From assembly GCA_001642005.1 (NCBI GenBank), contig LWCA01000049.1, positions 1-64,000 on the forward strand: a stretch of 64,000 nucleotides of DNA, given 5' to 3'. The notes below the pieces were generated by a model. The model worked only from the letters and a program-made list of their open reading frames with translations, did no database searches and was not told the origin of the DNA. The translations under genes and the position numbers were made by a program. This document shows positions 46,701-60,200 of this stretch, piece after piece. Each line of letters begins with the position of its first letter. Within the stretch, counting starts at the first letter, position 1. The stretch comes from Intoshia linei (Eukaryota > Animalia > Orthonectida).

Positions 46701-49700
46701 ATAAAGTTAAAAATGATATTTCCTCAATGATAGTAATTGTTTATAATTAAATCCATCTAATTAAATATCTATTAAAAATTCCATAAAAAATGTAATAAAT
46801 TAACTTCTCATTATTAAAAACATTAGTCTATATTTATGATAGTCATTAAAAATAGTTTCTGGAGCTTTAAATATAAAATTTTTATTAACGGAATTTTTGG
46901 TTCATACAAATTCGTTAAAATAAAATAAATAATTCAAAATTCCGTTAAAGTGGAATTTTTCCGCTAACAAAAATTAAGTTAATAAGGACTGTATTGACTG
47001 TATTATATTTTAATTCTAAATTTATTTGTCATAGAAACTAGTATTATTATAAAATCTAAAAAAGTGGTCACTTTTCGAATGTCTACTGTAATACAGAATT
47101 TGGCAACTGGTTACCCTTTTACAATTTTTCAATTCGTAATTATTTTTTTAAATTCTAGACCAAAGGTTCCCACGTTTTTTTCACAGCGGACCGGTAATAA
47201 ATTATAAAATTTATCGAGGACCATTAAATGGCAATTACTAGACAACATAAAAAAAATTTGATAAAAAACATCATAAATTAACTTTTAATTAGTAAAAAAT
47301 TTTCACGGACTGTTCACGGACTGTTCCGTGACCGGCATTTGGGAAACGCTGTTTTAGACTGTTATTTTTTTTATTTTATAAAATAATGGATAATTTTTCA
47401 ACGTTGTTAAAATTGGTTAATAATGGGTTTGCCTTGTAAAGATACGTTTTGAGGTTGAAATGGATAATTATAATGTTCATTATTATAAAATCTGTATCAT
47501 AAGACACATTTTTCAAAATTCTATGAGTCTTTAAATTTTAAAAAAAGATACTTGGGATTTGACCCTAAAGGACTAAATTTCTGAAAATAAATTTTGCGAT
47601 AAAACCTAGCCTTCGATTCGCCTCGAAAATTGTATTATAAATTGGTGTTTATAAATTCTACCCATCTTACTTTCGTAAATAAACTAGACACAGAAACAAA
47701 CATACCTACATTTTTAGTAATTAGTAATTTTCTAATGCGATCAAACTAATTTGATACATTAACAACTTAGAGGGGGATTTTGAAATTGGTTGAGAAAATT
47801 TACCTCTGAATTAGATCAATAATAAACCATCTATAATTGAATCTGGTGTACATAATTTTTTCATTAAAAATAGGTCGATCATGAGTCATGAATCATGAAA
47901 AAATGTTAATAAGCCCTGGTTTAATTACTAGACATAACAGTATCTAATAAATAATTTGTATCAATTTAATTGGATTAATCTCTTTATTTTTTATATACGT
48001 AAGTGATATAAATGTACATGCGATTTACACACGATTTTTTCAGGTAAATGGTTAATTCCTAAAAACAGTTACCGAGCTCTGACATAGTATAATATTTAAT
48101 ATAATGAATATTATTTTATGCAATAATTACTTCTAATAGTCGTTTTAGAACAATATCAACGACAATAAGAGTTTCACTGGTGTGCGCCACAATATACCTT
48201 TCACCGGGGCAGGGTTTAATATCATCGATAGCTGATTCATATCGTGATTTAATGATTATACGATCGTTGGCATCACCAACCTTGTTGAGTCCTATTGGTT
48301 GCACTAATACTTGCGTAACTCCAACATATGTAATTTCAAGTTTGTTTCTGTAATTAAGACGTTTCAAACAACAGTCAATAACTTCAACAGCTCCACACAA
48401 TGTCCCCTAAATCAAATTATAATCCTAATCTATCTTTTAAATTGTATCCAGGTAGATATTAAAAGTTTACATTTTGGTATGTGTTACAATATAAAATTGA
48501 TAGTGTTTGAACATTTGAATAATGGGGTATTGTAATTATAATGTGCTTTAAAATATCATGAATGCTAAAATTTTAAATTTTTCTAACATACAATTGTACA
48601 TTGTATAATATGATGGACATTTATCTGTCTTTTTCACTATTATCGATTTTATTAACTTTTTTGATGACTCCCTCCCTCCATAACCAAATTATGAGTATGA
48701 GAATCTGGGCACAATGTGTGAATCGTGCTCAGTTCTAAAATAGTTTCAAAGTCCTCAGAACCTTCTTTATAAAAAACTATTAAACTATTAGAATGGTGTA
48801 TGATGGTAATTCTTTTAAAACATTGCATCCTTTCAAGGGATAAGAAGTTACTAATAATAAACCGTTTGTATTAATTACAATTATTATTATTTATTAATTA
48901 CTCTGAAGCAATATATAAATTACTATTATTATTTTTGAATCATCAGGTTTCCACACCAAAGCACTAATTGTGTATAAATTTTCAATGTACTTTTCAATTT
49001 CTTCGTTCCACATACCACGTCGTGAACTCCAAGTAAAGAGTCTGATTCTATTGTAACTACCAACAACAAATGTTTGGCCTGAATTTGATAATTTACCAAC
49101 CTTAAATGATTTAAATTAAATGACTAAATTAAAATTTAAAATATAAAAATCTTAAAATATGTATATTTCGAATGGATAGTGTTTTTTAAAGGATGACTTC
49201 TTATTACAACTATGTGAAAATCCAAAATTACCTTTTTTTTAAAATAAAATAATTCTACAAAGAATGTAGAATTAAACAAAAACATCCATCCCGCAACGCG
49301 TTTCAAAATCATTAACATTTTTGTAAATCTCAACTTCAGTAACGAACATCTTCATCATCGAAACCATAAATTACCCTTTTTTTAGAAATTAAAACAAACA
49401 TAAAATTTAATGTAATTTTCAATAACCAACGCATTGAAATGGTCTTAGAATTTAAAAAAAAATTAGTCTAATTTAGTTTATTCCAGAATAAGGTTTGCAA
49501 CCAATCCTTTAAAGGATTAGCTATAGTGAATAGTAGTAATGATATTTAAGATTTTATTATTGAAATTATTTTTAGGCACAATTAAAAAAGTCCCATCTCT
49601 CCATAACTAAATTCTGTTTGTACAAAGTATATGAGTATTTTTAAGTAAAAATAATTAAATAAGCTTTTCTCTTTTTTTAAATTACTGAAAATGCACATTC

Positions 49701-50730
49701 ATCAACTTGCTTTGAATAATCAAATGTTTGAATTGGTGTTCCATCTTCAGAATAGGCAACGATTCTTTTATCACAACCAGCCGCAATTATTGTACCTTTT
49801 TGGTTAGTATGAATCAATACATATGGGCTACATGAATGCACAAATACACATCCCTGGCTGCTTGAAATATCTTCAGATTTTTGTAAGTGACATCTAACTA
49901 CTTTGCAGTCTGCGTGTCCAGATATAATGGATGTTCCGTGAACACTAATAAATATTGCATACAATAAATTATATAATATATACTTTGCTGACATTGAAAC
50001 CACAAAAGACTCTGAATTATACAGAGTGCTTGATTTATTTGTCAGCGTGTTTGCTATCCTTACCTAATCAATAAAATTATTAGAATTCACTACATAACTG
50101 CTCCGCACCTTTAAACCGAACATATTAAATATACTTATCAGACTCTGTAGTAAAGTAGAGTACAGTATTGAGTTTTACACTTATTATTAGCATGATTAAA
50201 TAAACCTTTCCGTCATAGGCTCCGAACAAAATTTCTTGATTTTTTGGCCAAATAAGGCACGTAACTGCGGTCTGTTGAAAAAATTTATTACAAATGACTT
50301 TTTTATCACCCCTAAAAAATAATAAGAAAAAAATAGTCAAATCATACCAATTTTCTCCAATTTTATAAACAAATATTATATTATCCGATTGAGCTACCGC
50401 TAGTTTTTGGCCGTCAAATGAAAATGCTATTCCAGTTATAATATAACTGTTTTTTGGATACTAAATAAATGAAATTTGAATACTAAAATATATTAAACAC
50501 ATTACTTTGGAATCACATGGCTTAGTAGCAAATTTATCCTTTTGTTCGCATGTTTCAGAAAACAACGAAATTACAAGATCACCTGTAGCCACAGCCATTT
50601 TTTTACAGTTACTGGACCAAGCTAATGCTTGTATTTCACAAATTTGATCCTAACATGAATATAATAATTAAAACTTAATTTATTATTAAACCTTTGCAGG
50701 GATTATATTGTTATAATATTTTAACATCAT
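34788..50730 (-). CDS. IFT172: Intraflagellar transport protein 172 (IFT-B2), multi-exon
   Basis: N-terminus [25 protein letters not shown]...DKFATKP; [29 protein letters not shown]; SDVIVAQ...CIWYNID; [14 protein letters not shown]; [10 protein letters not shown]; [18 protein letters not shown]; [12 protein letters not shown]; [11 protein letters not shown]. Stop TGA at 34788-34790. Confidence 0.95.
36973..38260 (+). mobile_element. Most complete Helitron-like copy (in an IFT172 intron)
   Basis: A|TC 5' end followed by a (GT/GTCT)n tract, tandem roughly 135-bp modules, and 3' GC-rich block ccctcggcagagctaggtgc...gtcaagCTAG|T. No TSD. Confidence 0.78.
39487..39685. mobile_element. Tc1/pogo-type MITE
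   Basis: TA-CAGTCAGACTTATAGATAGTGAAC ... GTTTACTATCAACAAGTCTGACTG-TA. Confidence 0.85.
40557..41450 (+). repeat. Helitron-like family copy
   Basis: gtctgtgtgtgttaccg 5' tract followed by several family modules. Boundaries approximate. Confidence 0.6.
42698..43650 (+). repeat. Helitron-like family copy with duplicated 5' end
   Basis: TCCTTACTTA-TCCTTACTTA start. Closely similar to the 10678 and 36973 copies, with a local duplication at about 43220-43330. Confidence 0.7.
46250..47000. mobile_element. Tc1/pogo-type MITE (partial relatives at about 28917-29270 and 34115-34415)
   Basis: TA-CAGTC..AGTCCTTATTAAC ... GTTAATAAGGACTG..GACTG-TA. Internal AACGGAAT/ATTCCGTT repeats. Confidence 0.7.
46260..46449. 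mobile_element. hAT-type MITE with perfect TSD, inserted in the TIR of the preceding MITE
   Basis: GTCTAAGT at 46252-46259 and 46450-46457. TIRs CAGTGGCTTTTAACC and GGTTGAAAAGCACTG. Confidence 0.9.
47161..47351. mobile_element. hAT-type MITE
   Basis: TSD ttctagac/ttttagac. Ends CAAAGGTTCCCA and TGGGAAACGCTG. Confidence 0.8.
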
Positions 50731-51231
50731 TTTTGTATTTATTTGATTTGTTTGTTTATAAAAGTTTCCATGTTCCTTCAAATTTGCCGAGAAGCATGCA
50801 TTTTATGTAACTAACTATAGACATTGAATTTTAATTTTATTTCCATTATTTATCATTATATTTATCTACATGTATTTATATTTTTAGTTTGATAATCATA
50901 AATTTTAGTCATTTTACATTAATTACATAAAGCTTACATTTTTTGATATAAATAATAATTTTATTCGAAATTAAAATTTCTATATTTCATTATTATAATT
51001 ATACACTATAGTGTATATTGTATAGAAATTATATGGAATCATAATTGATACTTCTGTTAACTGTTTTATGTCAAATGTGAATTAAATTTTAAATTTACAT
51101 TATCAATTTTGAATATTAATACATTTTTATACTCAACATATTTCGTTTTGGTATATTTATTGGCAACAATAATATTAAATTGTTTATTTCGTTACCGGGT
51201 TTAACCTTCATTTACTATTCATGAAATTTTA
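50731..51231. promoter_or_regulatory. Putative bidirectional promoter between IFT172 and CEP290
   Basis: Divergent ATGs at 50730 (-) and 51232 (+). X-box-like half sites TGGCAAC (51161) and GTTACC-GG-GTTTAAC (51191-51205). Forkhead-like TGTTTA/TGTTTG near both starts. Confidence 0.5.
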
Positions 51232-54200
51232 ATGATAGAAGAAGATTGGAATCTATTAAAATCTGTTGACGTGCAAACTCTTGTCGATGACAGGGATAAA
51301 ACTGATGTCATTTTTGACAAATTTGGAGAGGTATTTTTTTATTTGGACCAGATTATATAACAAAAAAATTCGAATAGAAATGAATGGATAATAAAATAAT
51401 TATATAATTAAAACGGTTAAATTAACGTTTTTAGAACTATAATATAACCGATGTAACTGATGTCGATCAATTAAGCAAATTGGCTTCAGTATTTTTAGCA
51501 TTGATGCATATAAAGGACGTTGAAGCAGAAATTGCAGAAGATGAATTAATAAACTATCAAAAGGAAAGAGAAGTAATGAATTACTATAGATATATTTCTA
51601 ATACATACATTGACATAATTTTATAGCATAACGGTCAATAATTATATCATTATTTTCTGCCTTGTATATTATGTACTTCATACGAACAGAGACTAACTCT
51701 ACTGAGGGAGAACCTTTCGAGATATATTCATATACATTGTAGTAAAAAAATTTGATCAAATTTTTTGTTTTTACTAAAATATTTTTAAACTAATTGTGGG
51801 CATTAACTTTACGCATCGAGCTTTACTCCAAATAAAAATTTTTTAGGGACTTATTTTTAATTTTAATGTGTCCTCGAGATGGGTAGATTAGGCTCTGAAT
51901 TGGGGATTTGGCCGTAAATATGCAAAATTGGAGAAGTGAAATTTATCTTTCTTTTTGGAAAAAATAAATTTAGAATGTGTTTTTTTAAATTTCTCGTCTT
52001 CCAGTTTTCTAAGTAAATGATTACATACTGTGTAATACACAGACACACATTTTTAGCCATTTTTGATTTATATTTTTACATTTTATATTACTTTATACTT
52101 AATCAAATTTTTAGAAATTTGAAGGTGATGTTGGTGGAAATAAAGAAAATAAATTTTTAAGGGATGAAATAAAAGAGTTGGAAAGAAAAATGGCTCAACT
52201 GCAACGAGATTTTCAAGAAAAGGACCAATTATTACAAAATGAATTGGAAGTTAGTGAAAAACTTAATCTAAAGATAGTCGGCTTGGAAAAAGAAAATAGA
52301 GATTACAAGTAATTACTAATTTACTACAATATATATTTTCTGAATTATTATGTTTTTCGATTATTTATTTATTATTTGTTTTAACTGGTTTGGGTTTTTC
52401 AAGAAAAATATTTTAAAAGTTGAATTCTTTGATAGGTTCCTAAAAATATTCACAGTGATACATTTTATTTGTTTTTCCAAACAATATTCCTTAAAACTCT
52501 CTTTAACATATTAAACAAACAAAAAAATTATCATTAAACGCCTCTCTAAGCCTCTTGAATGACTTGTAAAAGTAATGTGGTTATAAAAATTGTGACATTG
52601 AATTTTTAAATTTTAGATAATTATAATTTAGACGAGATTGTGATCAAATGAACACAGAAATTCATGAATATCAACATAGACTGGAAATGAAACGTGAAAC
52701 ATTAAAGGATGGTGCGGATGATGAAGCATCAAAAGAAAAATCACATGAAAAAAATGAAATGATCAACAGATTTATGAATGAAAATTTGGCTCTAACAGGT
52801 AGTAACACAAAATTGGAAGAAAAAATCAGAGAAATGGAGCAAGAATTAAAAAATGGTAGAAATGAAATTGATTTAACTAACAATAAATACACTAAACTGA
52901 TTAATGTATTGGATGAAACGGAAGAAAAGTACGACGCTTTATGTAAAGAAAATTGTGATTTAAACGATAAACTGGTAGATGTCCGTGAAAAAACACTTTC
53001 AAAAAATGATGACAATGATGTATTTACAGCAGAACTAAACATGAAAATTGATCAGTACAAAACTGCAATGCATAAAAAAGATGATACAATCTCAAGTTTG
53101 CAACAAAGCCATTTAAGATTAAAAGAAAAAATTGCTTTATATTCGGTTGATTATGAAAGAAATGCGTTGGTATTACTGACTGAAAAAATAAAAGACAAGG
53201 ATATACTCATTTCTAACCTACAACAAAAAGTAAAAAATGCTACAGCTGATATGAACGAAGCAACAATATTATTAAACAATATAAAGGGTAAAAATAAGAC
53301 AAAAACGCAAGTCAAATTGGATGAATCTCAAATCGTAAAACTTAAAGCTTTAGATAACACTGTAAAAATTAGAGAAAACCAAATAAATGATGCAGAAAAT
53401 CGTGCAATTTTTGCTGAAAATGAAGCTAGAGACAAAGACAGTGAATTAGCTGAAGCATGGGAACGTCTCCGGCAATATGAAGCTGGCGAATATGGACTAG
53501 CTGAAGCTGTTTCAGAAATAAAACAAATTAGAAAACAAATCTTAGAACGTGATGAAAAAATAAAAAATTTTACAAAGTATTCCAATGAAATTGAAGTTAA
53601 GTACAACGACGTAAGCGATATATTGGATGCTATACAAGACAAATACAATGAATGTGGAATTGATGCAGCAGTAGTTGATTTAAAAGAATATAGACGTTTA
53701 AAAAATATAAAAATTGAAGAAACTACAGCTACAAATGCTGTATTAGAAAACGAAGTCGAATCTTTAGAGGAGGAAAGAATAAAACTTAAACTTCAAATAC
53801 GTCGATTAGCGATATCGTTTGGACAAAAGGCAGTAATGACTGGATTGACTACGGAAGATATGTTTAGAGTAGAAGAATACATGAACGATTTAAAATACGA
53901 TAGGGAAAATAAAAAGAAACTAGCATTAGATAAACATAAACAAAGTGTCATTGAACCTTCCAAGCGAAAAACCACAGTTGTTCAATTATCAAACCCATTA
54001 CCAATTTCAAATGTTTTGGGAGACAAAGATTCACAATTAAGAAATTTGCGACAAGATAATCAAATTTTAATAGATAAGGTAGGATTCATTTAATGTTATT
54101 ATTATAACTAGCTTATCTAAATTATAATGGGTAGAAACATTAGCTGGTTATACCGAGGGACACTTTTCGTTGCATATTTTTTAAAAAGTAAAATTCAAGA

Positions 54201-57200
54201 AATAATTAAATTTTGATATAATGTAAAATAAACGTAAAATTTTAAAAACAATAAAGCAAAAATGAATTAACTTACGTAAAACACATAATTTAGTCGTATC
54301 TACAAATACACAATAAATTTTTTATTTTAAAATTAAATAATGTTGATAAAAATACAATAATAACAAAAAATATCAGAATAAATGTATAACAAAAATAAAA
54401 CGCAGTAAATATAAATTGAAATTAATTTTGAAAATCGATAGTTACAAAACATTTTGAATTATAGTAGTGCGACCATATTATTAACGTACTAATATTGCTT
54501 AGAAACGAAAATTTAAAAAATATATAAAAAAATTGTGTAACTAGGCAATAACTAAATTGAGACACAAAGTTTATGATAAACACGAGTTATTGCTGAAAAT
54601 GAATTATATATTTATTATAATTAATTATATTTAGTGCTACAATTAATGTTTTTACAAATTTTAATATCGTTTAACAATTTTTTATAAACATTAGTACATT
54701 TTTCCTTTGAATTTTCTCGAAGTAAAATGACAAATTTTAATGTTTTTAAGCTAAGGTTGGATTTATGTTCTGTCCAATAATTATTAGTAACACTATATAC
54801 TCTTTCTACATATGTTTTTGAGCAATTTAGAGAATAATAAAACTGGATTAATTTTTTGAATCTATTAGTATCGATATTATCACACAAATCCTTCCAAGGA
54901 GGAATAGTAAAAGAATTTTTTAAGCATAAATCAACTGCAACAAATTTATTGAACATTTCATCTCGATTCATCTGGTTAATTAAATTTATTGTTATAAATT
55001 AAAATACATTTTTGTATGTTGATTCAAGGACAGCTTAAACCTAAACTGAGTATACAGTAGTCTTTGGTTAATCTAATTAACTTGAGTTTCATTAATAACA
55101 AAGTAGAATGGTGATACATATTGAATTTGAATGGTTTATTTTAAAATATATATTATAGATACGTAAAAATAAGTAAAAGTTATATAAACAACAAAATTTG
55201 TAATATAAAATTTAAATTCATAACTTTATTTAGTACGTTATTGGCACAGTGCCAATAACGTATTTTTTATAAAATAACGTACTTATGGTTGCATTAAAGT
55301 TTTTTTAAATTACAATTTATTTAAATAAATTTGTAAATCATTTTATAAATCATATGTAAATCAAAATTATTGTTAATTAAATTTTAATTTGAGAAAAATT
55401 TTGTAAATGTGTGTAAGATACATACTAACTTTTATTTACGATGTTAATTAAGAATGCAGATATTTTCTATTTACAAATTCAATTTTCTATTATGTAACCA
55501 GTTTTTCGAGTTATTTATGATAGTATTTTTTAAAAGATTATTGCTAAGAATTTTAAAAAAATATTTTTAAAGTTTTATTTGCACCTTAAAAACTATCTTC
55601 AAATTTCAATCGAATACATTGCATAAGAAAAAGATGACCTTTACTAAATTTGTCAAACATTACCAAAAAAATATTTTAATATACTATATATGTATATTAA
55701 AAGAGACTAGTTTTTGGAAAATGATCATGTCCATGAAAAAATTAATATAATTTGGAAAGTGACATTGTCTTATGGATATATTTATAATTATAATAATTTT
55801 CAGTTGGAAGAAATAGAAGAGTCTATCTTATCATTGGAAAAAGAATTGAATGAATCAAACAATGAAATAAAAATCTACGATGCTGGATTAAGAGATGCTA
55901 ACGATAAGATTAAGGAAATGTCTCAAAGCGCTATGAAAGTTGAATCTATTGAAATTCCATCGTTGAATAGAATAGTGCAACTTTTAGAAGTTAAATCAAT
56001 CTTAATTTCGCAATCAATTTTTGAAAATGGAGCTGAACTATCGGAATCTGCACTTTTATTGAAAGCAAAATCAGATAAATTAACTGGTGAAAATGAAACT
56101 CTGACCAATCAACTTAGGCATGTGAGGACTGGTAAATTTTAATTTAAAAAATAGTTTAAAAATTACATTATTTGCCTCTTCAATATGTACGGATACAATA
56201 CATTGTACCGTTATTCACTATAAAAAAAAATTTCTTTAAATTAGTGTGTTTCATATCAGACCGAATCCCATCACCACAAGCATGATTTATGTCACTAAAA
56301 ATAAAATATACTTAAAAAAAAATTCAGAAACGTGCGTATTACGCACTGCATAATGACTCATTACTAATGACATAGCTTCTAGCCGCATATTCATGGTTAT
56401 AGATTCGACGGTTACGATATTGAAAGTTATATTTATTTTAAATTCTCAATTTGGAAAAACAGGACTAGAGTTTATAAAAATTTCGTCTAATTTCCGAACA
56501 ATGTAAATGAGTAAAATAGTTTCGTCTATGCCTATGAAGGTTTGGAAATGAGATTGAAATTTTTTATGTGTGTTAACTGTAATTATGGATATAACTGCGT
56601 GAGCTGTAATTTTATTTAAATTTCTAGGACCTTTCATTTTTTAAAAAAGAGTAATCCGCTTATGATTTAAAAAAATATCCCATAATTTATGTTTCCTAAA
56701 ATAGTGGAGTTTTCTCATTATTAAAAATGATGGATTTGAACATGAAGATGTAAGTTTCTGAGGCTGAGTTTTATGATATTGCTAATGACTTTAAAACTAG
56801 TCACAAAATTATTATTTTTTAATTTGAACTTATCACTCTCGAATAAATTTATTAGAAATTAGGTTTTTTAAATTCTAGAAGTGTTAATGTTTTAAATAAA
56901 CGGACAAATACACTCCATGTCAATTAATTTTATCACGATGATTATAATCACGTTTGTTTTTATCACGATTAATTTAATAAACTTCGTTTTTATCATGATT
57001 TTTTTTATCATTGTTCGTTTTTATCACGATTTACGATTTACGATTTTAATTTAACTGAAATTAAAAATTAAAAATTCATAGAAATAACAGAATTAAATGG
57101 ATAATTTTGATATTACATTTTAATAATAAATTAAATAGCAAAATAGTTAACATTCAAAGATAAAGCATCTATGATCCTCATTATTTCTGTGTGATGCAAC

Positions 57201-60200
57201 ATTATTCTTTTTATATGAAATTTATTAATTTCATAATGCAATCTTTTGTTAGGGGATTCACTAGCTATTACCTTAATGCAGGGGTGCACAACGTGCGGCC
57301 GTGGGCAATACATCCGATCATAATGTAATATATTATTTTACTTCCAATTGAAAAGTTAAAATAAGATTTTATTCAAGGTCTATTTAAAATATTTTAATCA
57401 AAAAGTTACATTCTTGACTTTGCCCCATTAAAAAAAATCTTCAAATCAAGAAAACCATAGACTCATAAAATATCATCCTCTAATCCAATGCTTTTTAACC
57501 GGTGTGTCGTGACACTTTTGTGTGTCGCCAATAATTTCCAGATGTGTCGACAAACTTAAAATTTTATTTAATTTTTTTTTAAATTCCATTAGCACAATAT
57601 ACAATTGGAAGACGTAAAAATACAAATCAAAGGTATTTTTAGTGATGATGATCAATTTTACATAGCTTATTTTCAGATTATTATTAGAAAAAAATTGGTT
57701 CAACTATATTTATTAATCAATGGCTTATTTTTTTGATTGATGTGTCGCAAAATTTTTTGAGATTGAAATATGTGTCGCCAACTAAAAATGGTTGAAATGC
57801 ACTCCTCTAATCCATTTAATATTCCATCTTAAGTTTCGTGATTAATCCCCACTAGAGATTTCCAGCTTAAATTCTTGGCTTGAGCAATTCATTAATTTTG
57901 TTAAAACATATAAATAAATGCAAAGTAGTCTAGCATAGCTAGAATACTGAAAATATCAATTAATAAATGTACATTTAAATCATTACATGAGTTGATGAAA
58001 GATTTAATCCGATATTATTAATTTTAATGAAAATCGTGATAAAAACGAACAGTGATAAAAACGATCATGATAAAAACGCAGTTTATTAAATTCATTATAA
58101 AAACTAACATGATTATAATAATCGTGTTAAAAAATATGTGCACCAATACACTCACATATTTTTAATTTTATATAAGTAAAGGATTTTAGACTCGCACATA
58201 TTAATAATAATACGCTCTTCATTATCGACCCTTTTTCACCATTCTGGCGAATATCGGCACTCCGATCGAAACCGAACATACCAAACTGAACATCACTAAA
58301 AATGATAAAAAGCACCATAAAAATTTTTTCGTAAACGATGCGTTGTGTCATATAGCACCTGGCTATCTTATTCAAGGCTCTTGACGTGAATTTTAATTTA
58401 ACAGGCAAAATAGTTACGTTCAAGAACATTCAAGAATAATTTTTTTTAGCGCCTAATTTTGAAAAAAGGGCCCCATTTTCAATAATTTCGTCAATCCTCC
58501 GAAGAGGGTAAGGTTCGGCTCTGAGGTAAGTTCGGCACTGTTAACATGATTCTGCTTGGAATTTTAAGTTTGGTACAACTACAAATTAAATTTAGATCTG
58601 CAAGGTTTAGCAATTGAAAATGATAGAAATTTAAAGAAACTAGAATATTCATTAAAAGTTAGCATTTATTTTTGAAAATAATTATGAATTATAGGAAATT
58701 GAAATTTTAAAAGAAGAAAACAAGACTGGATCTTTCCAAATGATGAAAATACCTAAAGGGGTTTCGGCGACAAGTTCCGACGTAATAGCGCGTCTAAACG
58801 AACAATTGATTCACAATCTAAACGAACTAAAAGTTAAGGATAATTTATTAAAAGAATGGGAAAATAACATGATTGCATGTAAATTGGATCTTAGTGTATT
58901 AAAAAGTGAATATGGAGTATTGTACAAGGATTATTACGAGAAAAGATGTGAATGGGAGAATTCAACAAAAAATTACAAAGAAAAAATGGAAAATGCACTA
59001 AAACAAGATGAAGATTCAAAAATAAAATTGAAAGAATTTAGTAGGTTATTATACATATTATCAAAAAGTGATAATGAAAAAAACGTAATGGACGGGTCAG
59101 ATGTTTTCAGTGAAAAAAGTATAATGGACGTAGATAATCAAGAAATTGCTAGAAGTAGAAAATTTGATGGATTGAACCAAGATGCCTTAAAAGTCTGTCT
59201 AGTTGAATATGTTAGAAAAATAGTTTTGTTGCAAGTTTCAGAAGACAAGCTATTGAAAATAAATTCTAGTTTAAAAAAAGAAAATGGTTATTTAACATTA
59301 GACATTAATAAATTTTTCAGTGAAGAAACTAAAAAAGAAACACAATATAAAAAGATTATCGCTTCAATTGAACGTTCTAAAATGTTGATTAATCGAAAGT
59401 GCAGTGAATTGGAAAACGAATTGTCTCAAAGTGTATCTTTGCAAGAGTTTCAAAGTTTACAAGAAAAATTTGACCACATGAGTAATGATTATACTGCATT
59501 AATGGATAAAAGTCATCAAATATCCACTCAAACAACAGATGAACGTGAAATTCTTAAGGAAGAAAATGATCGTCTTTGTCAAGTGTTGAAAGAATTGAGT
59601 GAAAAATTAAAAAATTCAAAAATAGAACAACATCAATTTGAAGCAGCTTTTGAGAAGCTTTATAATGTTAAATGTTCAAAACAACTTAATGTTTTCAAAA
59701 TTGAAGAAAAACCAGTTAAGGGAGATTATAAAGATTTAAATATTCCGCATAATCAAATATTATTGAATATAAAACAACCAAAAGTTTTAAAAATGGCGAC
59801 AAAGCTTTCTAATGCAGAAATGGAAGCAATAAATGTTAAACAAAAAGCAGATCATTTTATTAATTTATACAATAATGAAAAGGAAAAAATTTCTCAATTA
59901 GAATTGAGAAATGAGGATGTTGAACATAAATTTAGTGAAATTTCAAAGAAAATTGTAGAAATGCAAAAAGTTGAAAATTCTTTGCGGGATAATTTATTAT
60001 ACGTTCAAATTAAAGGTAACCCTAAAAATGAATCTGCATTATTAAAACTTGAAAAGGAAAATGAACGGTACAAGCAGGATTTATTAATTTATCACGAACA
60101 AATGGAAATTTTACAATTGCAGAATGATTCAATTATTAATACGCAAACTATAAAAGAAACTGAGTTAAATTTGCTTAAGGATCAAATATTGGAAATGCAA

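Larger units (their letters stand above)
45685..47088. mobile_element. Outer Tc1/pogo-type element hosting nested MITEs
   Basis: TA-CTGTAAACTCTCGAAAAGTGATCACTTTTT ... AAAAAAGTGGTCACTTTTCGAATGTCTACTG-TA. Confidence 0.7.
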
